Below, in pieces: positions 1-9,518 of a DNA stretch of 48,062 nucleotides (positions are counted from its first letter, which is position 1; the number at the start of each line of letters is the position of its first letter). Under the pieces are notes generated by a model. The model was not told the DNA's origin. It did no database searches and saw nothing but the letters and a program-made list of their open reading frames with translations. Source of the stretch: a virus (lineage: Duplodnaviria; Caudoviricetes); IMG/VR virus record IMGVR_UViG_3300049173_000036, positions 1 to 48,062 of that record. One strand, written 5' to 3'. Made by a program: the position numbers and the translations under genes.

Positions 1-38
1 CGGTCAACACCCCACCCCCGGACGGGAGGACACCGCCC

Positions 39-296
39 ATGCGCGTACACCTCACCGACGGGCGGTACGAGGTCGAGATCACAGCCAAGGGCTACAGCCG
101 TAAGCAGCTCGACGACGTCGAGAACGCGGCGCTGCGCATCCTCGACGCGCTACGCAGCGAGCAGCCGACCGAGCGAGGCACGACGTTCGGGTTCACGCCC
201 GACGCCGCACTCGACAGCAGCACCGAACGAGCCGAGCCGTACGACGACGGCCGAGGCGACGAGTACGACGACCAGGACGAGGACGGCAAGGCATGA
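39..296 (+). CDS. Hypothetical phage protein with acidic C-terminus
   Basis: SD GGGAGG at 24-29; stop overlaps HNH start (ATGA). Confidence 0.75.
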   Translation: MRVHLTDGRYEVEITAKGYSRKQLDDVENAALRILDALRSEQPTERGTTFGFTPDAALDSSTERAEPYDDGRGDEYDDQDEDGKA

Positions 297-595
297 GCGG
301 CGGTTGGGCAGGCAGCAACAGACGCAGCGAGCTGCCGCCCGACTGGCAGACCGTCATACGCCCGACCGTGCTGCAGCGCGACGAGTACCGGTGCCGCAAC
401 CGCATCGACGGTCGCGTGTGCGGACGCCCCGCGAATCAGGTCGACCACATCGGCGACAAGCACGATCACCGGATCGAGATGCTGCAGGCGCTGTGCGAGG
501 ACTGCCACAACGCGAAGAGCAGCAGACAGGGCAACGCGGCTCGCTGGGCGGTTCGCAGGCAGCGACCGAAGGAACGGCACCCCGGATTGCTGTGA
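293..595 (+). CDS. HNH endonuclease, terminase-associated type
   Basis: VLQRDEYRC...C...VDHI...LQALCEDCHNAKS; sits upstream of terminase genes. The usual central Asn appears to be Met here. Confidence 0.9.
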   Translation: MSGGWAGSNRRSELPPDWQTVIRPTVLQRDEYRCRNRIDGRVCGRPANQVDHIGDKHDHRIEMLQALCEDCHNAKSSRQGNAARWAVRRQRPKERHPGLL

Positions 596-720
596 AGCCC
601 TGTACGGCGATCTGACGGCCGATCTCACCCCCTGGGGGGTGACTCCCCTCCCCGCCCCGTCTGGGCCCCGGGAGGTGCTGTGGCTGTCCGTCTGTACGGG
701 TCTGAGGAAAACGGCCGCGC
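596..720. other. Probable cos/packaging-initiation region
   Basis: Non-coding gap just after the HNH gene; palindrome TCACCCCC-TG-GGGGGTGA at 625-642. Position is typical of cos phages; the exact cut site cannot be read from sequence. Confidence 0.45.
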
Positions 721-876
721 TGCGGGGCGCGGGCGGCTCGCTGGCGGGCGAGCAGGAGTGCGGCGGGCTGATTTGATGGCGCGCGGTTGAGGGGCCGCAG
801 ATCGCCTCTCAGCCTGCCGTACTTCCGATACGAACCTGATACATGCAGGTCAGAGCGCTAAAAGCGTACGCGGCTG

Positions 877-882
877 TACCAT
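877..882 (+). promoter_or_regulatory. Putative -10 box for a leaderless transcript
   Basis: TACCAT 6 nt before ATG 889; no SD. Confidence 0.45.
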
Positions 883-888
883 GGACAC

Positions 889-1470
889 ATGACGACGAGC
901 CGCGACTGCGAGCACTGCGAGGGACCGATGCCGATCACGGCCCGGTCGCACGCGCGGTTCTGCCGGCCGGCGTGCCGCGCGGCTGCGCACCGAGCAGCGC
1001 GCACGATCCCGGCTGAGCTCACGAGTCGGCCGCGGTGGATCCGGCGCACCTCGCGGAAGGTTCCCGTCGCCGTCGACGGCTCGGTCGCGAGCAGCACCGA
1101 CCCGGCGACGTGGTCGCGGTACCGGAACGCCGCGGCGAGCGATGCCGGCGTCGGGCTCGGGTTCGTCCTCGACGGCGACGGGATCGTGTGCCTCGACCTC
1201 GATCACTGCCTCGTCGACGGCGAGCTGCTGCCGTGGGCGCAGCGCCTCGTCGACGACGCCGGCTCGACGTGGGTCGAGGTGTCGGCGAGCGGCGAGGGGC
1301 TGCACGTCTGGGGGCACGGCGCGCTGCCGCACGGCAGGCGCATCACGGTCGACGGCGGCTCGGTCGAGCTGTACGGCACCGGCCGGTACATCGCGGTCAC
1401 GGGGCGGACGTTCGGCGGCACGCCGCAGCGCCTCGGCGACCTGCAGCACGTAATCGACTCGCTGCTGTAG
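889..1470 (+). CDS. Zn-finger plus stand-alone primase/polymerase domain (NrS-1/AEP-like)
   Basis: N-terminal CxxC...CxxxC; then IPAEL..PRW, STDPATW, GLGFVL, CLDLDHC, EVSASGEGLHVW, ELY..GRYIAVTG; no helicase domain. Confidence 0.8.
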   Translation: MTTSRDCEHCEGPMPITARSHARFCRPACRAAAHRAARTIPAELTSRPRWIRRTSRKVPVAVDGSVASSTDPATWSRYRNAAASDAGVGLGFVLDGDGIVCLDLDHCLVDGELLPWAQRLVDDAGSTWVEVSASGEGLHVWGHGALPHGRRITVDGGSVELYGTGRYIAVTGRTFGGTPQRLGDLQHVIDSLL

Positions 1471-1472
1471 CG

Positions 1473-1511
1473 CCCGACACGGGTGTGCGGTGGCGCACCC
1501 GACACGGGAGG
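1473..1511 (+). repeat. Two CCCGACACGGG hairpin motifs, the second overlapping the SD
   Basis: Copies at 1473-1483 and 1498-1508, followed by AGGT; third copy at 6945-6955. Confidence 0.85.
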
Positions 1512-1519
1512 TACAGCAC

Positions 1520-2341
1520 ATGGCACGCCTGCAGATCCTGCAACTACCCGAGGGCGTCGACGACTCACGGCCGCCGTTCGCTCTGGTCGTCGACCAGTCG
1601 GCGCCGCAGCGGTGGGTACTCGGCTCGGGTAACGCCCCAGTGCGTGACGTCTGGCACGAGGTCGCCGCCGAGATCGGCGCGCGGGGCGTGATCGTGACCG
1701 CCGAGACGGTCGAGATCCCGGCGAACGAGGTGTCGCTGCCCGAGCCGGCCGAGCTCGTCGCCGAGGCTGAACTGCGCTACGAGTGCGACGAGATGCGCCG
1801 AAGCTACGAGGGCGCGTGCGGCACGATCGCGGACATGCATGCCGCGGCGACTGGCCGCGAGGGCATGGGGCCGGTTCGAGGTGTGGTCGAGGACGTCGAG
1901 GACGTGCGGAAGCGCGCCGAGGACGTCGAACGGAAGTTGTCGGAATCCGAGGCGCTCGGGCACAGGCTGCTGCAGCGTGCCGAGCTCGCCGAGGCGGTCA
2001 CGGCGCAGACGAAAGCGCTCTTGGATCGTCGCACGAGGACGCTCCGCGAGCGGGCCGAGCAGGCCGAGGCCAAGCTGCAGGCGTTCGTCGAGGCGCAGCA
2101 GCGCGAGCTCGTCGACCGCATGGACGAGATCACGGATGCACTCGGGCTCGACCGGCTGCGCGACTGGGGCGAGATCGTCGCCGCGGCCAAGAGGCAGCGG
2201 GACGGCGGGCACGAGTTCGGCGTGCCCGGCTACCTCGACCCGGAGCGCTGCGCGCAGTGCGGGCTCGACCGGGGCACGTGGTTGTTCGGCACGGACCCGC
2301 GGACATGCGCCGAGGTGCGCGTCATGAAGGGCGGCGAGTGA
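1520..2341 (+). CDS. Hypothetical coiled-coil phage protein
   Basis: ATG 1520 after SD GGGAGG (MARLQILQLPEG); E/A/R-rich helical middle; C-terminal H...CxxC...C. Confidence 0.8.
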   Translation: MARLQILQLPEGVDDSRPPFALVVDQSAPQRWVLGSGNAPVRDVWHEVAAEIGARGVIVTAETVEIPANEVSLPEPAELVAEAELRYECDEMRRSYEGACGTIADMHAAATGREGMGPVRGVVEDVEDVRKRAEDVERKLSESEALGHRLLQRAELAEAVTAQTKALLDRRTRTLRERAEQAEAKLQAFVEAQQRELVDRMDEITDALGLDRLRDWGEIVAAAKRQRDGGHEFGVPGYLDPERCAQCGLDRGTWLFGTDPRTCAEVRVMKGGE

Positions 2342-2835
2342 TGGCGGGCAACGGGCCGGCGCCGAAGGATCCGAACCGCAGGCAGCGCCGCAACAAGGAC
2401 ACCGTTCCGCAGACCGTGCTCAGGTGGGAGCGCGCCGAGGCGCCCGAGCTGCCTGACTTTCGGATCGAGCGCGACGGCGACCTCGTCGAGTTCGTGTGGC
2501 CTGAGCGCACCCGCGAGTGGTGGCAGATGTGGATCGACTCGCCGCAGGCCGAGCACTTCGGCTCGCCCGACTGGCAGTACCTGCTCGACACCGCTCTGAT
2601 TCACGCCCGGCTGTGGCGCGGCGATCTGTCGGCGGCGGCCGAGCTGCGGCTGCGTGTCGCGGCGTTCGGGGCGACGCCGGCGGACCGGGCGCGGCTGCGC
2701 ATGGTGTTTGCCGAGGCGGACGGCGCCGACCAGGGTCGCGGCGGCTCGGGGGTGCAGTCGGCGCGTGAGCGGTACGGGAACCTGCGCTCGATCAACGGCG
2801 GAAAGACCGACGGGAAGGCGGCCGGCGATGCCTGA
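2341..2835 (+). CDS. terS: Terminase small subunit
   Basis: MAGNGPAPKDP..RRN start, DWQYLLDTALIH, ELRLRVAAFGATPADRARLRM typical of actinophage TerS; upstream of TerL. Confidence 0.9.
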   Translation: MAGNGPAPKDPNRRQRRNKDTVPQTVLRWERAEAPELPDFRIERDGDLVEFVWPERTREWWQMWIDSPQAEHFGSPDWQYLLDTALIHARLWRGDLSAAAELRLRVAAFGATPADRARLRMVFAEADGADQGRGGSGVQSARERYGNLRSINGGKTDGKAAGDA

Positions 2836-2980
2836 TACGCGGACCGTCGACAGCGAAACACCGACCGCGGCCGACGTCGTCGACTGGATCGAACGACACA
2901 TGTCCGATGCCGAGTTCGCCCTCACCCACTGGCAGCGCGCGTTTCTGCTGCGCCGGTACCCGAGGCGCTCGCGGCAGTAA
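2828..2980 (+). CDS. 50-aa protein resembling the TerL N-terminus
   Basis: MPDTRTVDSETPTAADVVDWIERHMSDAEFALTHWQRAFLLRRYPRRSRQ fills the terS-terL gap and overlaps the terS end. Confidence 0.6.
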   Translation: MPDTRTVDSETPTAADVVDWIERHMSDAEFALTHWQRAFLLRRYPRRSRQ

Positions 2981-2998
2981 TCAGCGCAGGGGGTCGTC

Positions 2999-4663
2999 AT
3001 GCCGTGGCGCGGCCCGGAGTACGAGGGCGAGCGGCCGACGCTCGGCTATTACGTCCTCGACTGGATGATGCAGAACCTCGCGCAGCCCGGCCGCGACGTC
3101 GACGACCCCGCCCCGTTCCTGCCGACCGCCGAGCAAGCCGAGTTCTTGCTGCGCTTTTACGAGGTCGACCCGGTCACCGGCCGGCGGGTGATTCACCGCG
3201 GGCTGCTGTCACGGCCGCGCGGTTGGGGGAAGTCGCCGTTCGTCGGGGCGATCGCGCTCGCCGAGGCGTGCGCCGATGTGGTCGGCGCCGGGTTCGACGC
3301 GTACGGCGAGCCGGTCGGCCGGCCGTGGCACTCGATCCGTACGCCGCTCGTGCGTATCGCCGCGGTCACCGAGGCGCAGACCGACAACACGTGGCTGCCG
3401 TTGCTGGAGATGGCGCGCGGCGGGTCGCTGTCGACCGACTACGGGCTCGAATGCCTCGACACCGTGATCTATCTGCCGCGCGGCGAGATCTCCCCGATCA
3501 CGTCGAGCGCGACGTCGACGAAGGGTGACCCCGCCTGTTTCGCGTCGCTCGACCAGACCGAGACATGGACCGCTTCGAACGGCGGCACGAGGCTCGCGAA
3601 GGTGATGCGGCTCAACGCCGCCAAACTCGGCGGGTCGCTGATCGAGACGCCGAACGCGTACACGCCCGGCGAGGAATCCGTCGCCGAGACATCGGCGGCC
3701 GCCTATCAGGCGATCATCGACGGGCGATCGAGGGCGCGCGGCATCCTCGTCGACCACCGTGAGGCGCCGCCCGAGACCGATCTGACCGACGAGCAGTCCC
3801 TCGTCGACGGGCTGCGGTACGCGTACGGCGACAGCAGCGATCACCCCGACGGGTGCGTGCTGCACGACCCGCCGTGCGAGCCGGGTTGGTCACCGATCGA
3901 GCGGCTCGTCGCTGAGTTCTGGGACACCTCGAACGAGCCGCAGGATCTGCGGGGCGACCTGTTGAATCAGGTCACGCACGCGGCCGACGCGTGGCTGTCC
4001 GAGCCCGAGGTGCGGGCGGCGTCCGACCTCAACCGTGCAGTGCAGCCCGGCGATCGCATCGTGCTCGGGTTCGACGGCTCGCGGAAGCGCAACCGCAAGG
4101 TGACCGACGCGACCGCGCTGATCGGCTGCCGGCTGTCCGACGGGCACCTGTTCACGCTCGGCGTGTGGGAGCAGCCCGAGGGCAAGGCGGGCGAGTCCTG
4201 GCAGGTGCCCGTCGTCGAGGTACTCGCCGCGGTGCACGAGGCGTTCGCGACGTACGACGTCGTCGGCATGTACGCCGACCCCGCCAAGTGGGAAAGCCAC
4301 GTGGCCGATTGGGAAGCGGCGTACGGGCCGCGCCTGCAGGTGCAGGCGACCCGTAATCACCCCGTCGAGTGGTGGATGACCGGCGGCCGGTCGACGCTGA
4401 TCGTCCGCGCACTGGCGAAGTTTCACACCGCGATCACCGAGGGCGAGCTCACGCACGACGGCTCGTCGGCTCTCGTGCGGCACCTGTGCAACGCCCGCCG
4501 CCGCACGTCGCGTTCGGGCCTGCAGATCGCCAAGGCGCACCCCGACAGCCCGAAGAAGATCGACGCCGCGGTCGCTGCCGTGCTCGCGTGGCAGTGCCGC
4601 CTCGACGCGATCGCGAAGGGTGTCACGGCCGAAGAAGAAGAGATGTTCGGCGGCACGTTCTGA
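2999..4663 (+). CDS. terL: Terminase large subunit
   Basis: Walker A RPRGWGKS, Walker B-like ASLDQTE, nuclease LGFDGS...DATAL, C-terminal KKIDAAVA. Confidence 0.95.
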   Translation: MPWRGPEYEGERPTLGYYVLDWMMQNLAQPGRDVDDPAPFLPTAEQAEFLLRFYEVDPVTGRRVIHRGLLSRPRGWGKSPFVGAIALAEACADVVGAGFDAYGEPVGRPWHSIRTPLVRIAAVTEAQTDNTWLPLLEMARGGSLSTDYGLECLDTVIYLPRGEISPITSSATSTKGDPACFASLDQTETWTASNGGTRLAKVMRLNAAKLGGSLIETPNAYTPGEESVAETSAAAYQAIIDGRSRARGILVDHREAPPETDLTDEQSLVDGLRYAYGDSSDHPDGCVLHDPPCEPGWSPIERLVAEFWDTSNEPQDLRGDLLNQVTHAADAWLSEPEVRAASDLNRAVQPGDRIVLGFDGSRKRNRKVTDATALIGCRLSDGHLFTLGVWEQPEGKAGESWQVPVVEVLAAVHEAFATYDVVGMYADPAKWESHVADWEAAYGPRLQVQATRNHPVEWWMTGGRSTLIVRALAKFHTAITEGELTHDGSSALVRHLCNARRRTSRSGLQIAKAHPDSPKKIDAAVAAVLAWQCRLDAIAKGVTAEEEEMFGGTF

Positions 4664-4679
4664 CAGAGAGGGGGCGACC

Positions 4680-6107
4680 GTGCTCGACGAGACACCCGAA
4701 CTCGACAACCCCGATTACATGCTGCTGCGCCTCGGGCGCCGGCTGCGCAAGCGGCAGCGTGTGCTCGAAGGGTGGTGGCTGTACTACCGCGGCCGCCCGC
4801 CGCTGCCCGAGCTGCCGAAGAACGCCGAGGCCGCGTTCCTCGACTTCCAGCGCAAGGCGCGCACGAACTTCTGCGGGCTGATCGCGAACGCCTCGGTTCA
4901 CCGGCTGCTCGCGCTCGGCGTTACCGGCCCGGACGGCACGCCGGACGACGCCGCCTCGCGGTGGTGGCAGGCGAACCGCCTCGACTCGCGGCAGAAACTC
5001 GTATGGCGGTGCGGCATGGCGCAGTCGGTCGGGTACATGCTCGTCGGGCCGCACCCGACCCGCACCGAGGACAACGGCCGGCCGAGTCCGCTGATCACGC
5101 CCGAGCACCCGAGCGAGTGCATCGTCGAGCATCACCCCGAGACCGGCGAGCCATACGTCGGGCTCAAGGCGTTCACGAACGACATTGACGGGTACGGCTA
5201 CGCGCGCGTCATGTACGACGACCGCAGCTTTCCGTACCGCACCAAGGAACCGTGCGGTCACCGGCTGCCGTGGGGGCCGGACTCGTGGGACTACGTCGGC
5301 GACCAGGACGACGGCGAGCCGCACGACCTCGGCGGGCTGCCGCTCGTCGAGTTCGCCCGCATGCCCGACCTCGGCGAGCACCCCGAGCCCGAGTTCGCGT
5401 GCGTCATGGACACACAGGACCGAGTCAACCTCGGCGTGCTGAACCGCATGGCGGCGAGCAGGTACAGCGGGTTTCGGCAGAAGTGGGTGCGCGGGCACAA
5501 GTTCGCGCGCAAGGTCGACCAGGCGACCGGTATCAAGGTCGTCGAGCAGCCGTTCACGCCCGGACCCAACACGGTGTGGGTGTCCGAGGGTGAGAACGCA
5601 CAGTTCGGGCAGCTCGACGCGACCGACCTCACCGGGTTCTTGAAGGAACACGAGTCGGACGTGCGCGACATGCTGATCTTGTCGCAGACACCCGCGTACT
5701 ACTACGCGAGCGACCTGATCAACATCAGCGCCGACACCGTCGCCGCCCTCGACCTCATGCACGTCGCGAAGTGCCGCGAGCACATCGCATCGTTCGGCGA
5801 GGGACTCGAAGACGTGATGAGCCTCGCCGCGGCGCAGGCCGGCGTGACCGACGATTACACCGAGGCAACGGTGCGGTGGGCCGACCCGCAGTACCTGAGC
5901 CCGGCCGTAATGGCGGACGCCGCGACGAAGCTGTCGAGCATCGGCTACCCGCTCGACGTCATCGCCGAGCGGCTCGGCGAGACGCCGCAGCAGGTACGGC
6001 GGATCAGTTCGAGCGCAGCCGCGGCGAAGCTGCTCGCCGCCTCGCTGCTGCCGGCGAACCCGGCGCCGACGGCGGGCAACGTCGACGAGGGGGCGAGCGG
6101 TGGGTGA
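4680..6107 (+). CDS. Portal protein (SPP1 gp6-like)
   Basis: GTG 4680 after GAGAGGGGG; YYRG, RTNFCGLI, WWQANRLDSRQ, FRQKW, FGQL motifs; follows TerL. Confidence 0.9.
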   Translation: MLDETPELDNPDYMLLRLGRRLRKRQRVLEGWWLYYRGRPPLPELPKNAEAAFLDFQRKARTNFCGLIANASVHRLLALGVTGPDGTPDDAASRWWQANRLDSRQKLVWRCGMAQSVGYMLVGPHPTRTEDNGRPSPLITPEHPSECIVEHHPETGEPYVGLKAFTNDIDGYGYARVMYDDRSFPYRTKEPCGHRLPWGPDSWDYVGDQDDGEPHDLGGLPLVEFARMPDLGEHPEPEFACVMDTQDRVNLGVLNRMAASRYSGFRQKWVRGHKFARKVDQATGIKVVEQPFTPGPNTVWVSEGENAQFGQLDATDLTGFLKEHESDVRDMLILSQTPAYYYASDLINISADTVAALDLMHVAKCREHIASFGEGLEDVMSLAAAQAGVTDDYTEATVRWADPQYLSPAVMADAATKLSSIGYPLDVIAERLGETPQQVRRISSSAAAAKLLAASLLPANPAPTAGNVDEGASGG

Positions 6108-6903
6108 GGCGCTGCAGGCGGCGCTCACCGAGCGGTACGACGCGCTGTCGACGAGCCTGCGGGCGCGGGTGATTCAGTTCGTCCTCGACGCGTTCGACAG
6201 CCTGTCCGGGTACCGCGACGCCGACGCCGCGGCGTTCGTCGAGCAGGTGCTGCCGACCGTCCTCGCCGCGCAGGCGCAGGTCGGGCAAGTCACCGACGCG
6301 TACCTCTCGGCGATGATCGCCGACATGCTCGGCACCGCGACGCCGGCGGCGGGCGTGCAGCTCCCCGAGGCGCTGCGCGGTGTGCCGCCCGACGAGGTGT
6401 ACACGCGCCCGTTCGTCACCACGTGGACGGCGCTCAGTAAGGGCAAGGCGTATACGCAGGCTGTCGCCGAGGGGCGTACGCGGCTGCTGTCGATCACCGA
6501 GACCGACCTGCAGCTCGCCCGCACGCACGCCGCGCAACAGTCCATGGAACGCGGCGGGGCGAAGTTCTTCCGGCGCCGGCTCACCGGCACGAAGAGCTGT
6601 GCTCTGTGCACGATCGCGTCGACGCAGCGGTACCGGGTCGAGAACTTGATGCCGATTCACCCCGGCTGCGACTGCAAGGTCGAGCCGCTCGTCGGCAACA
6701 AGGATCCGGGGCAGGTGCTCGACGAGGCGACGCTGAAAGCAGCGCACGCCGCCGTCGCGAAGGGTGTCGGCGCCTCGGATGCGGGCGGCCGCGCCCCCGA
6801 CTACCGCGACGTGATCATCACGCGCCAACACGGCGAGTACGGGCCGCTGCTCGCGGTTCGCCGACAGAACTTCACGGGCCCGGACGACATCCCCGGCCCG
6901 TGA
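6100..6903 (+). CDS. Minor head/capsid maturation protein (MuF-like)
   Basis: CALCTIAS...PIHPGCDC motif; between portal and scaffold. Confidence 0.75.
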   Translation: MGEALQAALTERYDALSTSLRARVIQFVLDAFDSLSGYRDADAAAFVEQVLPTVLAAQAQVGQVTDAYLSAMIADMLGTATPAAGVQLPEALRGVPPDEVYTRPFVTTWTALSKGKAYTQAVAEGRTRLLSITETDLQLARTHAAQQSMERGGAKFFRRRLTGTKSCALCTIASTQRYRVENLMPIHPGCDCKVEPLVGNKDPGQVLDEATLKAAHAAVAKGVGASDAGGRAPDYRDVIITRQHGEYGPLLAVRRQNFTGPDDIPGP

Positions 6904-6965
6904 TTCCCGCGCCGGCACGGCGCACTGCTACAGGCTCACCTCACCCCGACACGGGAGACACCACC

Positions 6966-7736
6966 ATGCACACGCGCACTCTGCCTCGTCATGCCCGTAC
7001 CGGGCAGCTCGCCCTCGGGTGGCGCAAGGCTCGCCCGAGCCGCGGCGAGGATCCGACCGAGCTGTACCCGATTTGGCCGATCGCCGGCGGCGCCCCGGAC
7101 GGCGACGGCGGCGACGGAGACGGCGAGGGCGGCGACGAGGGCGACGGCGGCGACGGCGACCAGGACGGCAACGGCGACGGGTCCGACAAGGACGGCGGCG
7201 ACGGTACCGACTGGAAGGCCGAGGCCGAGAAATGGAAGTCGCAGGCGCGTAAGCACGAGGGCCGCGCGAAGGAGAACGCGAACGCCGCGAAGGAACTCGC
7301 GAAGATCAAGCGCGAGGGTATGCCCGAGCAAGAGCGGGCGGTCGCCGAGGCGGTCGCAAAGGCGGTCGCCGAGGAACGCTCGAAGAACGGCGCCAAGCTC
7401 GCGCGGCAGGCGTTTCTCGCCGCTGCGAAGGGGCTGATCCCGAACCCCGGCGACGTCGCCGACGACGTGAACCTGCACAGGTACGTCAACGACGACGGCG
7501 AGGTCGACGAGGAAGGGCTCGCCGAGCTCGTGAAGCGGCTCGCGCCGAAGCAGTCCGACAAGGACGAGAACGACGAGGACGACGACCGCGAGGGCGGGCG
7601 CGACACGCGCCGTCGGCGCCGCGGCGGCGGATTCGACCAGGGCACCCGCCGAGGCAAGAACGGCGGTAAGGGCGGCGTCGAGGCAGGCGCCGAGCTGTAC
7701 CGCAAGTTCCTCGGCGCGGGCGCCGACAAGAGCTGA
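6966..7736 (+). CDS. Capsid scaffolding protein
   Basis: G/D-rich linker, DWKAEAEKWKSQARKHEGRAKEN coiled coil, FDQG near C-terminus; precedes head genes. Confidence 0.85.
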   Translation: MHTRTLPRHARTGQLALGWRKARPSRGEDPTELYPIWPIAGGAPDGDGGDGDGEGGDEGDGGDGDQDGNGDGSDKDGGDGTDWKAEAEKWKSQARKHEGRAKENANAAKELAKIKREGMPEQERAVAEAVAKAVAEERSKNGAKLARQAFLAAAKGLIPNPGDVADDVNLHRYVNDDGEVDEEGLAELVKRLAPKQSDKDENDEDDDREGGRDTRRRRRGGGFDQGTRRGKNGGKGGVEAGAELYRKFLGAGADKS

Positions 7737-7755
7737 CAACACGGAGGAATCGACC

Positions 7756-8148
7756 ATGATTCTGGCTCAGACGACTGAGTCGTTCGGGTCCGATGATCAG
7801 TCGTGGCTCGGGTCCGCGCATGGCACGGACGCGACCGAGACGATCTCGCTCGACACGAGCCTGTTCACCGCAGGCACGCACTACCCCGACGGGTATTTCA
7901 AGTCGGGCATTCCGCTCGGCGAGATCACCGCGACGCCGGGCAAGTACGGCCCGTACGACAACGCCGCGACCGACGGCCGGCAGACCCTAGTCGGGTTCCT
8001 GTTCGCCGCCGTCAAGGCGCCGTCCGTCAACACGATCGACCCGTCGGCCGCGATGCTCACGCACGGCAAGGTGCGCGCGTCGCGCCTGCCCGTCGCCGTC
8101 GACGCCGCCGGTAAGGCCGACGTCGCCGGCTCGATCCGGTTCGTCTGA
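7756..8148 (+). CDS. Head decoration protein
   Basis: DQSWLGSAHG, SGIPLG, YGPYD..DGRQTLVGFL; SD GGAGG; directly before major capsid. Confidence 0.8.
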   Translation: MILAQTTESFGSDDQSWLGSAHGTDATETISLDTSLFTAGTHYPDGYFKSGIPLGEITATPGKYGPYDNAATDGRQTLVGFLFAAVKAPSVNTIDPSAAMLTHGKVRASRLPVAVDAAGKADVAGSIRFV

Positions 8149-8165
8149 GAAGGGAGTGATCTGAG

Positions 8166-9218
8166 ATGAGCTGGACTCTCGATACCGAGTTCATTGAGCC
8201 GACCGAACTCACCGGTCTCATTCGGGCGGCGCTCGCCGACCTGCAGGTGAACCGCTTCACGCTGTCGCGGTGGCTGCCGAACGTGTCCGTCGACGACATC
8301 GCGTACGAGTTCACCAAGGGTGGCGGCGGGCTCGCCGAGACCGCCTCGTTCCGCTCGTGGGACGCCGAGTCGAAGATCGGCCGCCGCGAGGGGATCGGAA
8401 AGGTCATGGGCGAACTGCCCCCGATCTCCGAAAAGATCCCGCTCAACGAGTACGACCGGCTGCGGCTGCGGAAGCTCGACCAGAACGACGAGCGCGTGCT
8501 CGCGCTGCTCGCGCGGGATGCGCAGCGCATCGCCCGCAACATCGCCGCGCGGTTCGAGGTCGTGCGCGGGCAGGTGCTCGTCAACGCGCAGGCGCCGATC
8601 ACCGAGCTGCAGCAGACCGTCGACTTCGGCCGGATCGCTGCGCACTCGGTTGTCGCCGCCGTGCTGTGGTCCGATCACACGAACGCGACGCCGCTCACCG
8701 ATCTGCGGTCGTGGGTGAACACCTACGAGGACACGAACGGCGAGACGCCGGCCGTGATCCTGGCACCGGTCGGCGTCGTGACGCACTTCGGCATGTGCCA
8801 GCAGGTGATCAGGCAGGTGTACCCGCTCGCCCCGGCCGGCACGGCGCCGATGCTGAACACGGATCAGGTGAACTCGGTTCTGCGGTCGCTCGATCTGCCG
8901 CCGTTCGAGGTGTACGACGCGCGGGTCAAGGTCGACGGCGTGTCGACCCGCATCACCCCGTCGAACGCGATCGCGCTGCTGCCCGCGGCCGGCGCGACGA
9001 GTGCGGCGCAGCCGACCGACCTCGGCGCGACGCTGCTCGGTACGACCGCCGAGGCGCTCGAATCCGAGTACGGGCTCGTCGCGAGCGAGCAGCCCGGCGT
9101 CGTCGCGGCGACGTACAAGTCGAAGGATCCGATCCGGCTGTGGACGCACGCCGCGGCGGTCGGTCTGCCGATCCTGCGCGAGCCGAACCTCACGTTCAAG
9201 GCGCAGGTGATCGCATGA
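8166..9218 (+). CDS. Major capsid protein (lambda gpE-like family)
   Basis: 350 aa, ELPPISEK, R.EVVRGQVL, VDFG, W...ATPLTDL; decoration-plus-capsid pairing. Confidence 0.9.
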   Translation: MSWTLDTEFIEPTELTGLIRAALADLQVNRFTLSRWLPNVSVDDIAYEFTKGGGGLAETASFRSWDAESKIGRREGIGKVMGELPPISEKIPLNEYDRLRLRKLDQNDERVLALLARDAQRIARNIAARFEVVRGQVLVNAQAPITELQQTVDFGRIAAHSVVAAVLWSDHTNATPLTDLRSWVNTYEDTNGETPAVILAPVGVVTHFGMCQQVIRQVYPLAPAGTAPMLNTDQVNSVLRSLDLPPFEVYDARVKVDGVSTRITPSNAIALLPAAGATSAAQPTDLGATLLGTTAEALESEYGLVASEQPGVVAATYKSKDPIRLWTHAAAVGLPILREPNLTFKAQVIA

Positions 9219-9514
9219 CTCGGCGACTGATCGCGTACGTGCACGTCGACGGCGTCGCGTACGGACCCGACAGCAAGGTACCGGCGGGCGTCGCGAAGAA
9301 GATCGGCGATCACGCGTGGGCCGACGCCGACGAGCCGGCCGTCGACGAGCAGTCGGCCGGCGACGAGGCGCCGCCCCGCTCGGGCCGCGGCTCGGGCGTC
9401 GAAGCGTGGCGGGCGTTCGCCGAGCAGCACGAGCTCGACGTCGCCCCCGACGCGAGCCGCGAGGACATCATCGCGGCCGCCGAGGCGGCCGAGCTGATCG
9501 AGCGCGAGGAGTAG
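9215..9514 (+). CDS. Small head-associated protein
   Basis: ATGA overlap; PPRSGRGSGVEAWRAFA...SREDIIAA motif common after actinophage capsid genes. Confidence 0.75.
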   Translation: MTRRLIAYVHVDGVAYGPDSKVPAGVAKKIGDHAWADADEPAVDEQSAGDEAPPRSGRGSGVEAWRAFAEQHELDVAPDASREDIIAAAEAAELIEREE

Positions 9515-9518
9515 GGCG

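Noticed and set aside
3538-3570. TerL Walker B reads DQ rather than DE
   Set aside because: A nearby Glu (DQTE) is present, such variants occur in actinophage terminases to my recollection, and the rest of the gene is intact.
7095-7210. GGCGAC-type tandem repeats
   Set aside because: Encode the low-complexity Gly/Asp linker of the scaffold protein.
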